Shown: positions 17,834 through 25,201, counted from the stretch's first letter. The stretch: 32,000 nucleotides of DNA from Nitrosopumilus sp. (GCA_029864335.1 JAOTTS010000007.1:46677-78676), one strand, 5' to 3'. Notes: a model not told the origin generated them from the sequence alone. Translations and numbers: made by a program.

Positions 17834-17956
17834 ATGGATGAAATTCCTGTTTCATGCATTCATTGTAATAAAGAAATTACTGGATATTATGATAAAATGT
17901 ATAAGGGAATTAGAGGCAAATGTTTATCCTATGAAATTGATTTTCCTCTAGAGTGA
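17834..17956 (+). CDS. possible mini-ORF (40 aa): MDEIPVSCIHCNKEITGYYDKMYKGIRGKCLSYEIDFPLE
   Basis: Hand-translated. It has a CxHC motif plus one distal Cys and ends 10 nt upstream of the cyclase ATG. Confidence 0.3.
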   Translation: MDEIPVSCIHCNKEITGYYDKMYKGIRGKCLSYEIDFPLE

Positions 17957-17966
17957 TGATATTAAA

Positions 17967-18770
17967 ATGACTGAAAATATTGACAAAAACCAAGAATCCA
18001 ACAAAACATCTGTGGAAAAGATTGATGTGGTAGATATGCTTCTAAGCAAAAATGAAGATCAAACAGTTGATTTTGAAACTATGATTTTAGAAACTCAAAA
18101 ACGTGTTTGGGGGTCTCTCAAAAAAGGTTATGAATATTCAGGAATGGCAGATGAGTCCGAAAAATTTCTAAGAAAAAATATATTTCTAAAATTAGATATG
18201 GTTGTATTGTATGTGGATTTAGTAGGTTCAACTACCATGACATTAGAAATGCCTGCTGAAAAAATTGCGATCATTGTTAGTTCATTCTCACAAGAGATGG
18301 CATCAGTGATTAGACACCATCAAGGATATGTGTTAAAATTCGTAGGTGATGCAGTAATTGGGTATTTTGTTGCAGAAGGTAATTCATTATTGGTATCAGA
18401 TAATGCTGTAAATTGCGCAAAATCAATGATATCAGTAATTCAAAAAGGGATCAATCCAATTCTAAATCAATACGATTACCCAGACTTGATGGTAAAGATT
18501 GGAATAGATTTTGGGCAAAACATTGTTGTAAGATATGGTTCAGATGCAGAACATTCTCACGTAGATTTAATGGGACCTGCTATGAATATTGCAGCAAAAA
18601 TTCAAAACATGGCAAAACCTAATCAAATTTTAATTGGAAGTGATGTGTATCAAAAATTACACCCTACTTCTCAAAAACAATTTCTTGAAATAATTTGGAA
18701 AAATAATGAATGGAGATTCAGATCAAGATTAACTGGAGAGATTTACAAAGTATACGAATTAAAAGGATAA
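17967..18770 (+). CDS. class III nucleotidyl (adenylate/guanylate) cyclase domain protein
   Basis: Metal-binding Asp motifs VLYVDLVGST and KFVGDAVIGYF, IGIDFGQ, and DLMGPAMNIAAK in place of the canonical GxxVNxAsR. The N-terminal 75 aa or so contain no recognisable sensor domain. Confidence 0.8.
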   Translation: MTENIDKNQESNKTSVEKIDVVDMLLSKNEDQTVDFETMILETQKRVWGSLKKGYEYSGMADESEKFLRKNIFLKLDMVVLYVDLVGSTTMTLEMPAEKIAIIVSSFSQEMASVIRHHQGYVLKFVGDAVIGYFVAEGNSLLVSDNAVNCAKSMISVIQKGINPILNQYDYPDLMVKIGIDFGQNIVVRYGSDAEHSHVDLMGPAMNIAAKIQNMAKPNQILIGSDVYQKLHPTSQKQFLEIIWKNNEWRFRSRLTGEIYKVYELKG

Positions 18771-18786
18771 TTTCTTTCGATAAATC

Positions 18787-18933
18787 CTAAATAGTAAATT
18801 TGTCCGGACATTCAACATGTTCATAATGGTGCTCTGTAAATTTTTCTTGAATTACATAAATTACAATTTTATGAAGATCTTTTTCTTCGATGTCTTTTTT
18901 ACATTTTAGACACGTCTTTTTCGAATCAATCAT
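18787..18933 (-). CDS. possible Zn-finger mini-ORF (48 aa): MIDSKKTCLKCKKDIEEKDLHKIVIYVIQEKFTEHHYEHVECPDKFTI
   Basis: Hand-translated. It carries CxxC (8-11) and HxxC (39-42). It is convergent with the cyclase, with 16 nt between the stops. Confidence 0.35.
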   Translation of the reverse strand: MIDSKKTCLKCKKDIEEKDLHKIVIYVIQEKFTEHHYEHVECPDKFTI

Positions 18934-19070
18934 GTGTATAAGCGATCTAAATATCGAATCTATAAGGATCAGCGATCAGCTCAATTTGAGCAAAAACGCC
19001 TGAGGTTTTACAAAACACTATATCAAACGCCTAAAGCAATGCAGAAATATGGCAAATTTGAACCACTTGT

Positions 19071-19448
19071 GTGGATTATTTCGTAATAAAACACCTAGAA
19101 GACCTGTATGGATTAAATCCCAATATTCCTCACATGGCATTTCAATTCCCAAGATTGCCCCCAGGTCTAACAAATCCTATGTTCAAAATTTATGAAAATC
19201 CTATGAAAAAGCAATTTTTAAAGAATGCTGAAACAATAAACCAAAAACTTCAAGGATTCCAACAAATGTATCAACAACATGCAGCAGGATTACTAACAAT
19301 GAGTTCTGGAATAATTCCTTCAGGGCACCCCCTATACACCAGACATAATTTTGTTGAAACTATTCGGAATCAAAATGATAAATTATTAAAAGAAAACTTA
19401 GAATTAAAGAAAAAATTAGATGAAGAATCAGAACCAAAAAACCATTAA
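19071..19448 (+). CDS. hypothetical protein (125 aa; start uncertain)
   Basis: GTG start in the ORF track. The first ATG codon is at 19134 (MAFQFPRLPP). The C-terminus is a coiled coil (NDKLLKENLELKKKLDEE). Confidence 0.45.
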   Translation: MDYFVIKHLEDLYGLNPNIPHMAFQFPRLPPGLTNPMFKIYENPMKKQFLKNAETINQKLQGFQQMYQQHAAGLLTMSSGIIPSGHPLYTRHNFVETIRNQNDKLLKENLELKKKLDEESEPKNH

Positions 19449-19469
19449 AAAATAATTCATTTGTTCTAA

Positions 19470-19477
19470 TTTTTTTT
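19470..19477 (+). terminator. T8 tract downstream of the 125-aa ORF
   Basis: Eight consecutive T about 22 nt past the stop at 19448. Oligo-T is the usual archaeal terminator signal. Confidence 0.4.
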
Positions 19478-19515
19478 GTAAGAATCCTTATTAGTTTCAT
19501 AAATCAAATCGCATC

Positions 19516-19905
19516 ATGATAAAAACCCCTGCCGACAAATGGAAGGATGATATAATAAAATACAGAAAGCAATGTCAAAATATTCTAAAATTATCAAATA
19601 GTATACGATATGCAGGAGTTATTAACACATATGGTAGGACATTAACTGGAATGATTAAACCCAATCTAAAACCATTATTAAAATCTGAACAAGTAAAGAA
19701 TGAATTTTTTATCATATCTACATTAATGTCATTACGAAAAGAGACTGTTAGTACAGTTGGAAGATTAGAACATGTAATTTTACAGCATCAAAAAGTTACA
19801 ATCATCATCTTGCAAAAAAATGATGTGACATTTTATGTTTCAATAGATAGAAAAGAAAAAGGCTTGGCAAAAATTCTTTCTTCTATTAAAAAGGTAATAG
19901 GATAG
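19516..19905 (+). CDS. hypothetical protein (129 aa), possibly Roadblock/LC7-like fold
   Basis: IRYAGVINTYGRTLTG and VILQHQKVTIIILQKNDVTFYVSI resemble the strand pattern of Roadblock/LC7 proteins. This is a by-eye impression only. Confidence 0.5.
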   Translation: MIKTPADKWKDDIIKYRKQCQNILKLSNSIRYAGVINTYGRTLTGMIKPNLKPLLKSEQVKNEFFIISTLMSLRKETVSTVGRLEHVILQHQKVTIIILQKNDVTFYVSIDRKEKGLAKILSSIKKVIG

Positions 19906-19939
19906 TTGTCTTTTAATAAGATTCAATGCTTTAGATAGT

Positions 19940-20272
19940 ATGAATAAATCTTTAGGAGATTATAATATAGAAAAATCTTCTTCACACAACATTAGAAATA
20001 TCGTATGGACAATGAAAAATCGAGTAGATGCTAAAAAATCAAAAAACAAGAAAATTGATTCAGATAAAAAATTTCAAAATCTCTCCTTTACAAATATTAT
20101 TTATGACTACAAACCAAAAGTGAAATCACATTTTAAAAAAGTTTTTAAAATTAAAAAAGTTATCAATACTGAAAAATCAAAAAACAAGAAAATTGATTCA
20201 GATAAAAAATTTCAAAATTCTTCTGCATCAAATTGCAATATCAAACAGGGTTTCAAAAGACCTGGAAGATAA
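19940..20272 (+). CDS. Lys-rich hypothetical protein with internal duplication (110 aa)
   Basis: ATG ORF that contains KSKNKKIDSDKKFQN twice. Low-complexity and basic. Confidence 0.45.
   Translation: MNKSLGDYNIEKSSSHNIRNIVWTMKNRVDAKKSKNKKIDSDKKFQNLSFTNIIYDYKPKVKSHFKKVFKIKKVINTEKSKNKKIDSDKKFQNSSASNCNIKQGFKRPGR
20034..20080 (+). repeat. 47-bp direct repeat, copy 1
   Basis: AAAAATCAAAAAACAAGAAAATTGATTCAGATAAAAAATTTCAAAAT, identical to 20172-20218. Confidence 0.9.
20172..20218 (+). repeat. 47-bp direct repeat, copy 2
   Basis: Base-for-base identical to 20034-20080. The 138-nt offset equals 46 codons, so it is in frame. Confidence 0.9.
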
Positions 20273-20354
20273 TCATCCCAAAAGTATATAAGTTAAATTT
20301 TAAAATTTATGAAAAATAAAAGATTCAGATTATTCTTTCCATTAAAAAGATAAT

Positions 20355-20768
20355 CTAAGAAGGTGTAAATCCGTGGTATCCGCCTGTTTGTTGAGCCTTA
20401 TCTTCAAAGTTTGGTTCAAACAATGAAATTAAGTAGTCATCAGGATCTAAAATTACTGCATTTTTTCCTGCCTCTCTCTCTACAATATCTCGATGAATTC
20501 TTACCCCTTTCTCTTTTAATTCATCAATTGCTGATTTTACATCGCCGACAAGAAATCCTATTGTAATTCCATTATCAATGGAACTACCAACATGTTGTGC
20601 TGTCAATGATGCTGGATGTAAACTCAACATGGCTCCAGAAGTACCCAAATCAATCCAAGATCTTCTTTGATTTTTGATTGGAAGTCCGATGAGTTCATGA
20701 TAGAACTGTATGGATTTGTCTATGTCTTTTACAGCCAATATGACATTTCCCACTTTTTTGATATTCAC
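20355..20768 (-). CDS. VOC/glyoxalase-family protein
   Basis: N-terminal VGNVILAVKDIDKSIQFYHELIGL beta-alpha-beta motif, and a second half with GVRIHRDI...AVILDPDDYLISLFE. Confidence 0.8.
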   Translation of the reverse strand: MNIKKVGNVILAVKDIDKSIQFYHELIGLPIKNQRRSWIDLGTSGAMLSLHPASLTAQHVGSSIDNGITIGFLVGDVKSAIDELKEKGVRIHRDIVEREAGKNAVILDPDDYLISLFEPNFEDKAQQTGGYHGFTPS

Positions 20769-20802
20769 AGATACCCTACCTCAAAGTTGTTTAAATCCAT
20801 TG

Positions 20803-21021
20803 TCATTGAATTTCTACCATGGTTTCAGTCCTCTCAACGCCACTAATTTTTTGAATAAGTGTGGCTACTTCCTTTATCTTGTCCAGTTGTTCAACATCAA
20901 TAATGGCAACTGCGTCAAATTGACCGCTTGTAGGAAATGAATCTGATATTAAGGGTATTTTTCTTAGTCTGGCAGCAATGAGTTTTTTTGGAGATTTTAC
21001 TAAAATTATAGCTCTTACCAT
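20803..21021 (-). CDS. stand-alone Lrp/AsnC-type RAM (ligand-binding) domain protein, 72 aa
   Basis: VRAIILVKS...SGQFDAVAIIDVEQLDKIKEV...ISGVERTETMVEI is a complete RAM fold pattern with no DNA-binding HTH. Confidence 0.75.
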   Translation of the reverse strand: MVRAIILVKSPKKLIAARLRKIPLISDSFPTSGQFDAVAIIDVEQLDKIKEVATLIQKISGVERTETMVEIQ

Positions 21022-21254
21022 CCTAGATTAACCTCCACTTCGATTAGGGTCTCAGTTGTAACAATATCTTTTATTTTTTTAAAATCAATAACCATTCCAT
21101 TAATTTCATCAATATTTCCTTGCAGAATTACGCTAATGTCTGCCCTTCCTGTAACAACCATGATTTGTTTGACGATCTTCCTTTTTTTCTTTAATATTTG
21201 AACAACAGAATCAACCTTTCCTGGTTTTACAGTAATCAGACATAATGCACGCAT
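21015..21254 (-). CDS. stand-alone Lrp/AsnC-type RAM domain protein, about 79 aa
   Basis: MRALCLITVKPGKVDSVV...VTGRADISVILQG...IVTTETLIEV. The start is set at ATG 21254; the ORF-track start at 21323 would overlap the upstream gene. Its stop overlaps the next RAM gene start (ATGGTAA). Confidence 0.7.
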   Translation of the reverse strand: MRALCLITVKPGKVDSVVQILKKKRKIVKQIMVVTGRADISVILQGNIDEINGMVIDFKKIKDIVTTETLIEVEVNLGW

Positions 21255-21288
21255 ACTTAGTGTAGGTAATAGGATCGGATAAATATTC

Positions 21289-21540
21289 CTAATCAAAGAC
21301 TTCTTGAGATCTTGCTTCTTCAAGATAGGCCCTTCTTTCTTCGTTTACCTTCTCTTGATCAATTTCAATATCATCGTCAACTATGACAATCCCCATGTCG
21401 CTGATTGGTTCTTCTTTTGGTTTTTTATTCTTTGATTTTGTAGTTTTTGTTTTTGATTTAGAAGTTTTTACGGTCTTTGTTGTTTTTGGTTTAGTTGTTT
21501 TCTTTGCTGGTGCTTTTTTTACAGCCTTTTTTTCAGCCAT
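21289..21540 (-). CDS. charge-segregated small protein: Lys/Thr-rich basic N-terminal half and acidic C-terminal half (83 aa)
   Basis: MAEKKAVKKAPAKKTTKPKTTKTVKTSKSKTKTTKSKNKKPKEE, then DMGIVIVDDDIEIDQEKVNEERRAYLEEARSQEVFD. It has an ATG start, and the antisense ORF 21383-21592 is its mirror image. Confidence 0.55.
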   Translation of the reverse strand: MAEKKAVKKAPAKKTTKPKTTKTVKTSKSKTKTTKSKNKKPKEEPISDMGIVIVDDDIEIDQEKVNEERRAYLEEARSQEVFD

Positions 21541-21548
21541 GAATGTCG

Positions 21549-21573
21549 AAAAACAAGAGTTTGCCTTGTTTTT
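21549..21573 (-). terminator. 9-bp stem / 7-nt loop hairpin ending in U5 (AAAAACAAG-GCAAACU-CUUGUUUUU on the minus strand)
   Basis: A perfect inverted repeat seen directly. It lies between the tRNA-Phe 3' end (21684) and the ATG at 21540. Whether it acts as a terminator or as a 5'-UTR structure is unresolved. Confidence 0.3.
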
Positions 21574-21683
21574 AAAGATTTTGCATGATTGAATAACTTT
21601 GAAAAAAGTCTATGAAATACCCTGAATTTTTTCATGTTATTCATTTTCAAAATGACGAAAAGTGTTGTGTAAATTTGATAAGA

Positions 21684-21757
21684 TGCCAGGGGCGAGATTT
21701 GAACGCGCGACAGCCCGGTCTTCAGCCGAGTGCTCTCCCAGGCTGAGCTACCCTGGC
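21684..21757 (-). tRNA. tRNA-Phe (anticodon GAA), 74 nt, no encoded CCA, no intron
   Basis: The reverse complement folds as a cloverleaf: acceptor GCCAGGG/CCCTGGC, D arm GCTC-AGCCTGGGA-GAGC, anticodon arm CTCGG-CTGAAGA-CCGGG, and T arm GCGCG-TTCAAAT-CTCGC with one C-U mismatch. It is the only GC-rich island in this stretch. Confidence 0.92.
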
Positions 21758-21783
21758 ACTTAGAAAAATGCAATCAGTTAAGG

Positions 21784-21794
21784 AATTAAAGTTT
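21784..21794 (-). promoter_or_regulatory. candidate BRE/TATA (AAAC-TTTAATT) for tRNA-Phe
   Basis: TTTAATT lies 27-33 nt upstream of the tRNA 5' end and is preceded by an A-rich BRE-like tract. The spacing fits archaeal promoters. Confidence 0.3.
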
Positions 21795-21800
21795 GTCTTT

Positions 21801-22343
21801 TTAGATCTTCCATAGAATGTCATCATTACCTTTTCGTTTATTGATTAAACGACTAACTACAAAAAATAAATCAGATAATCTATTGAGATAGATCATACAA
21901 TTTAAATTAATTTCATCTTTTTCACTTAATTGGACCACTTGTGTTTCTACCCTTCTAACAATTGTTCTTACATAGTGTAATTGTGCCGCTGCGATTTCTC
22001 CTCCTGGCAAGATAAAATTAGTCAAAGGTGGTAGTTCAGATTCGAATCTGTCAATAGAAAATTCTAAATTTTGAATCATTTTCAATGATACTCTATTTTT
22101 GATATCATTAAGATTAGGATTTGAAAGATCAGCCCCTACTAGAAATAACTCATTTTGTATTCTTGTCAAAAGGTTAGTAATATCATCATCCAATGAATTT
22201 GTCAAAACAATCCCTAATGCAGCGTTTGCTTCATCTACTGTTCCATATGCAATAATTCGAGGATGAGATTTCGATATTCTCAAGTTTCCTTGAACACCAG
22301 TATTTCCATCATCCCCTGTTTTGGTATAAATTTTCAATAACAT
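21801..22343 (-). CDS. PduO-type ATP:cob(I)alamin adenosyltransferase
   Basis: KIYTKTGDDGNTG N-terminal ATP-binding motif, AYGTVDEANAALG, and a helical-bundle remainder. Confidence 0.88.
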   Translation of the reverse strand: MLLKIYTKTGDDGNTGVQGNLRISKSHPRIIAYGTVDEANAALGIVLTNSLDDDITNLLTRIQNELFLVGADLSNPNLNDIKNRVSLKMIQNLEFSIDRFESELPPLTNFILPGGEIAAAQLHYVRTIVRRVETQVVQLSEKDEINLNCMIYLNRLSDLFFVVSRLINKRKGNDDILWKI

Positions 22344-22421
22344 TTCATATCAGAATTAACTATTATGTTATTCGAAAAATGTGAAAATTCATTAGTATAA
22401 TCTGACGTACAATAGGATAAT

Positions 22422-22955
22422 ATGATATTGGATTTTTTAAAAACTGCTGCAAATCTTAAAAAAATTTCTAGACAGGGGTGGGTTGATAAACTATCCTTGA
22501 ATCACCCTGAATCAGTTGCAGATCATTGTTATTCCATGGCAATAATGAGCATGGTTATTTCTGACATGAGAAAATATGATTCAGAAACAATACTCAAAAT
22601 GGTTTTACTTCATGACTTGGCTGAAGCAAGAATTGGAGACTATACTCCGAATCAGTTAAGTATAGAAAAAAAGAAAAAATTAGAAAATAATGCATTTAAT
22701 AAAATAATAGACAATTTACCTGAGAATATTAAATCTCAGTATTTGCAAATCTGGGAAGATTATCAGGAAAATATTTCTGCAGAATCAAAGTTAGTACATC
22801 AAATTGATAGATTGGAGATGGCACTTCAAGCAAAATTATACCAAAAAGAAGGTCATTCAGAAAATAAACTTGAATCATTTTTTGAATCTGCGAAAAAAGA
22901 CATAGATGATCCTAAATTAAAAGAATTATTTACAAAGATTATCAACGACAATTAA
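22422..22955 (+). CDS. HD-domain phosphohydrolase (YfbR-like 5'-deoxynucleotidase family)
   Basis: RQGW, ESVADHCYSMA and LLHDLAEARIGDYTP give the H...HD...D metal-binding pattern. Confidence 0.85.
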   Translation: MILDFLKTAANLKKISRQGWVDKLSLNHPESVADHCYSMAIMSMVISDMRKYDSETILKMVLLHDLAEARIGDYTPNQLSIEKKKKLENNAFNKIIDNLPENIKSQYLQIWEDYQENISAESKLVHQIDRLEMALQAKLYQKEGHSENKLESFFESAKKDIDDPKLKELFTKIINDN

Positions 22956-22962
22956 ATAGAAA

Positions 22963-23187
22963 ATGTCTGAAAGAAGTAAAGATGAATTAATTGAAGCACA
23001 AAAACAAGTAATAGGAGTATTGTTTGAAGTGATTAAAAGATTACAAGCAAATAATGATCTTGATGAAGAATATTTTCAGATGATATTAGAAGACAGTAAA
23101 AACCATGCCCGTCTTAGAGAAATCATGAATGAAAGAACCGAGAATGCAAAAATTGTTGGAAGATTATTAGAACAATTAGAAATTTAA
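22963..23187 (+). CDS. hypothetical helical protein (74 aa)
   Basis: ATG ORF 8 nt after the HD gene. No motif recognised. Confidence 0.45.
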   Translation: MSERSKDELIEAQKQVIGVLFEVIKRLQANNDLDEEYFQMILEDSKNHARLREIMNERTENAKIVGRLLEQLEI

Positions 23188-23483
23188 TTTCCGCAACCAC
23201 AATCATCGTCAGAAATAATTCTTAGATGTGCCGTTTGTTGGTATTTATCCTGAACATAACTTGAAAGATTGATAATTCTAATTCTGGATTCTCTAGTATT
23301 CCAACTACCTTCATTTTCAAACCAAAATTCAATTTCATCTATATTATATCTCTCGTTATTTTCAACAAGATTTTGAAAAATTGATTTGATCTCTATAATG
23401 TCAGATTCTGTTAATTTTGATTTATCTTCCACCATTGTAGTTATTTCATTTAATTTTATTATGACATTATTTGTCAAAGGCAT
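23184..23483 (-). CDS. hypothetical protein (99 aa)
   Basis: ATG ORF with the C-terminus DDDCGCGN. No motif recognised. Confidence 0.5.
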   Translation of the reverse strand: MPLTNNVIIKLNEITTMVEDKSKLTESDIIEIKSIFQNLVENNERYNIDEIEFWFENEGSWNTRESRIRIINLSSYVQDKYQQTAHLRIISDDDCGCGN

Positions 23484-23560
23484 GCTATGGAAAAAACCTG
23501 GATTCTATAACTATCTTTTGAAGAGAAATTGTTTTTATAACAAATCAATAATTTGAGAAT

Positions 23561-23908
23561 ATGCAATATTTTCAGGCCTTGAAATTAGGACAAAAAAGAG
23601 TTGCTGAAGCTAGAGAATATCTCAATAAATTAACAGATGGACGTGCAATGCCTGCATTAGCCTTATCTGACACGAAATCAAATGTCTGGCAACCCGTAGG
23701 AGAAGAAAACCTATATGCCTTTGTAGATGAATCTGCAGGATTTGTTTTAACTGATAATAGTGGCTACATACTTGCTTTGGTAGATAAAACAGGTTCTTCA
23801 AAAACTATTGTTCAGGGAGTAACCCAACAACAAAAAGAAAATTTAGAAAAAGCATTCAAAGAAGACAACATTTCACAATTTGAGGGTAAAGTAATTCTAC
23901 CAGTTTAA
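23561..23908 (+). CDS. hypothetical protein (115 aa)
   Basis: ATG ORF with a TTTTTATAA box about 25-33 nt upstream. No motif recognised. Confidence 0.5.
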   Translation: MQYFQALKLGQKRVAEAREYLNKLTDGRAMPALALSDTKSNVWQPVGEENLYAFVDESAGFVLTDNSGYILALVDKTGSSKTIVQGVTQQQKENLEKAFKEDNISQFEGKVILPV

Positions 23909-23962
23909 TCATTAGTATTAAAAAACGTAACCTTTAGTTATCATAATGTAGAGTGAAATAAA

Positions 23963-25201
23963 ATGAGTAAATTTTCTCAAGAAATTGAAGTTAGTGGTCA
24001 TTTGATTGATTCTTTCATACTAACTAAGATCTTTGATAAAATTATGGACCTTCACGGCGAATTTCAAATAGAAGAAATCAATATTGGTAAAAGAAAAAAA
24101 GATCAGTCTTATGTAAGATTACTTGTTAAAGGAAAAAACCAGAAACATTTGAATGAGATTTTAGAAACAGTGTATAGAGAAGGGGCGGTATCAAAAATAC
24201 AGCAAGAGATTACATTAAAAAAATCACCAAAAAACTATGTAATGCCAGATTATTTTTACAGTACAACAAATAATCACACACAAGTTTTCTATAAAAAAAG
24301 ATGGATTCAGGTTGAAAATATGATGATGGATAAGTGCATCGTCGTAAAACAAAACAGGGCATTCTGTGTACCAGTTAGAGATGTAAGAAAAGGAGATCAG
24401 ATTATTGTTGGTGAAAAAGGAATTAAAATCACTCCCCCTGAACGTCCAAGAGAAGGAGTCAATGTTTTTGAATTTATGGGAAGTTCAAGTTCTAGTGAAC
24501 GGCCAACACAACATATTGCAAAACAAGTCGCAGATGACATATACAATACCAAAAAGAATGGTGGGAAGATTGTCATTGTTGGTGGTCCTGCAATAGTCCA
24601 TACAGGTGCAGATGATGCAGTATCAGAATTAATTAGAGCAGGTTATATTGACGGAGTATTAGCTGGGAACGCTCTTGCAGTTCATGACATAGAGTATGCA
24701 ACATTGGGAACATCTTTGGGCATGAATGTGCACAATGCAACTTTAGCATATCATGGCCATCGAAATCATATGGATGCAATCAATGCAGTTTTCAAGGCTG
24801 GTTCTATTGCAAATATGGTGAAGTCAAAGAAGCTTAAAAAAGGAATAATGTATGAATGTATAAAAAATAAAGTTCCATTTGTATTGGCAGGATCAATCCG
24901 TGATGATGGACCGTTACCAGATGTAATTATAGATGTTGCTCAAGCACAAAGAGAATACAAAAAAATTGTAAAAGATGCAAGCATGGTAATCATGATTTCA
25001 ACAATGCTTCACTCCATTGCAACGGGTAATATGCTTCCTGCAAATGTCAAAGTAATTGTGGTGGATATCAATCAACCAACAGTTACAAAACTCATGGATA
25101 GAGGAACATGGCAAGCTTTAGGAATTGTTTCAGATGTTGGTGCCTTTTTACCATTAGTTGCACAACAACTCAGAAAAAAGAAAGGAACATCTAACAATTA
25201 A
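23963..25201 (+). CDS. LOR/SDH-domain protein (TIGR00300-like; putative archaeal-type ornithine cyclodeaminase)
   Basis: The N-terminal EVSGHLIDS segment plus GGKIVIVGGPAIVHTGA and LAGNALAVHDIE recall the archaeal/cyanobacterial LOR/SDH family. The family assignment comes from memory of these motifs. Confidence 0.65.
   Translation: MSKFSQEIEVSGHLIDSFILTKIFDKIMDLHGEFQIEEINIGKRKKDQSYVRLLVKGKNQKHLNEILETVYREGAVSKIQQEITLKKSPKNYVMPDYFYSTTNNHTQVFYKKRWIQVENMMMDKCIVVKQNRAFCVPVRDVRKGDQIIVGEKGIKITPPERPREGVNVFEFMGSSSSSERPTQHIAKQVADDIYNTKKNGGKIVIVGGPAIVHTGADDAVSELIRAGYIDGVLAGNALAVHDIEYATLGTSLGMNVHNATLAYHGHRNHMDAINAVFKAGSIANMVKSKKLKKGIMYECIKNKVPFVLAGSIRDDGPLPDVIIDVAQAQREYKKIVKDASMVIMISTMLHSIATGNMLPANVKVIVVDINQPTVTKLMDRGTWQALGIVSDVGAFLPLVAQQLRKKKGTSNN

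Noticed and set aside
17953-17974. C/D-box sRNA (GTGATGA ... 11 nt ... CTGA)
   Set aside because: No credible C-prime or terminal D box and no terminal stem follow. The element overlaps the stop of the mini-ORF and the cyclase start codon. Other GATGA words in intergenic regions (for example 5397 and 12225) also lack correctly spaced CTGA boxes.
17967-18770. Cyclase as the core of a Pycsar/CBASS-like antiviral signalling system
   Set aside because: No adjacent effector (TIR, transmembrane, SAVED, patatin or nuclease) is visible. The Lys/Asp specificity pair looks like an ordinary adenylate cyclase rather than a pyrimidine cyclase. The neighbourhood shows no mobile-element or defence-island hallmarks.
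20355-20768. VOC protein as methylmalonyl-CoA epimerase of the 3HP/4HB cycle
   Set aside because: The paired beta-alpha-beta-beta-beta fold motifs only support the VOC superfamily. I cannot distinguish an epimerase from glyoxalase I or a dioxygenase without an alignment, so no specific function is called.
21519-21773. 84-aa ORF on the minus strand
   Set aside because: It runs straight through the tRNA-Phe gene (21684-21757), and its apparent coding content is the tRNA sequence itself.
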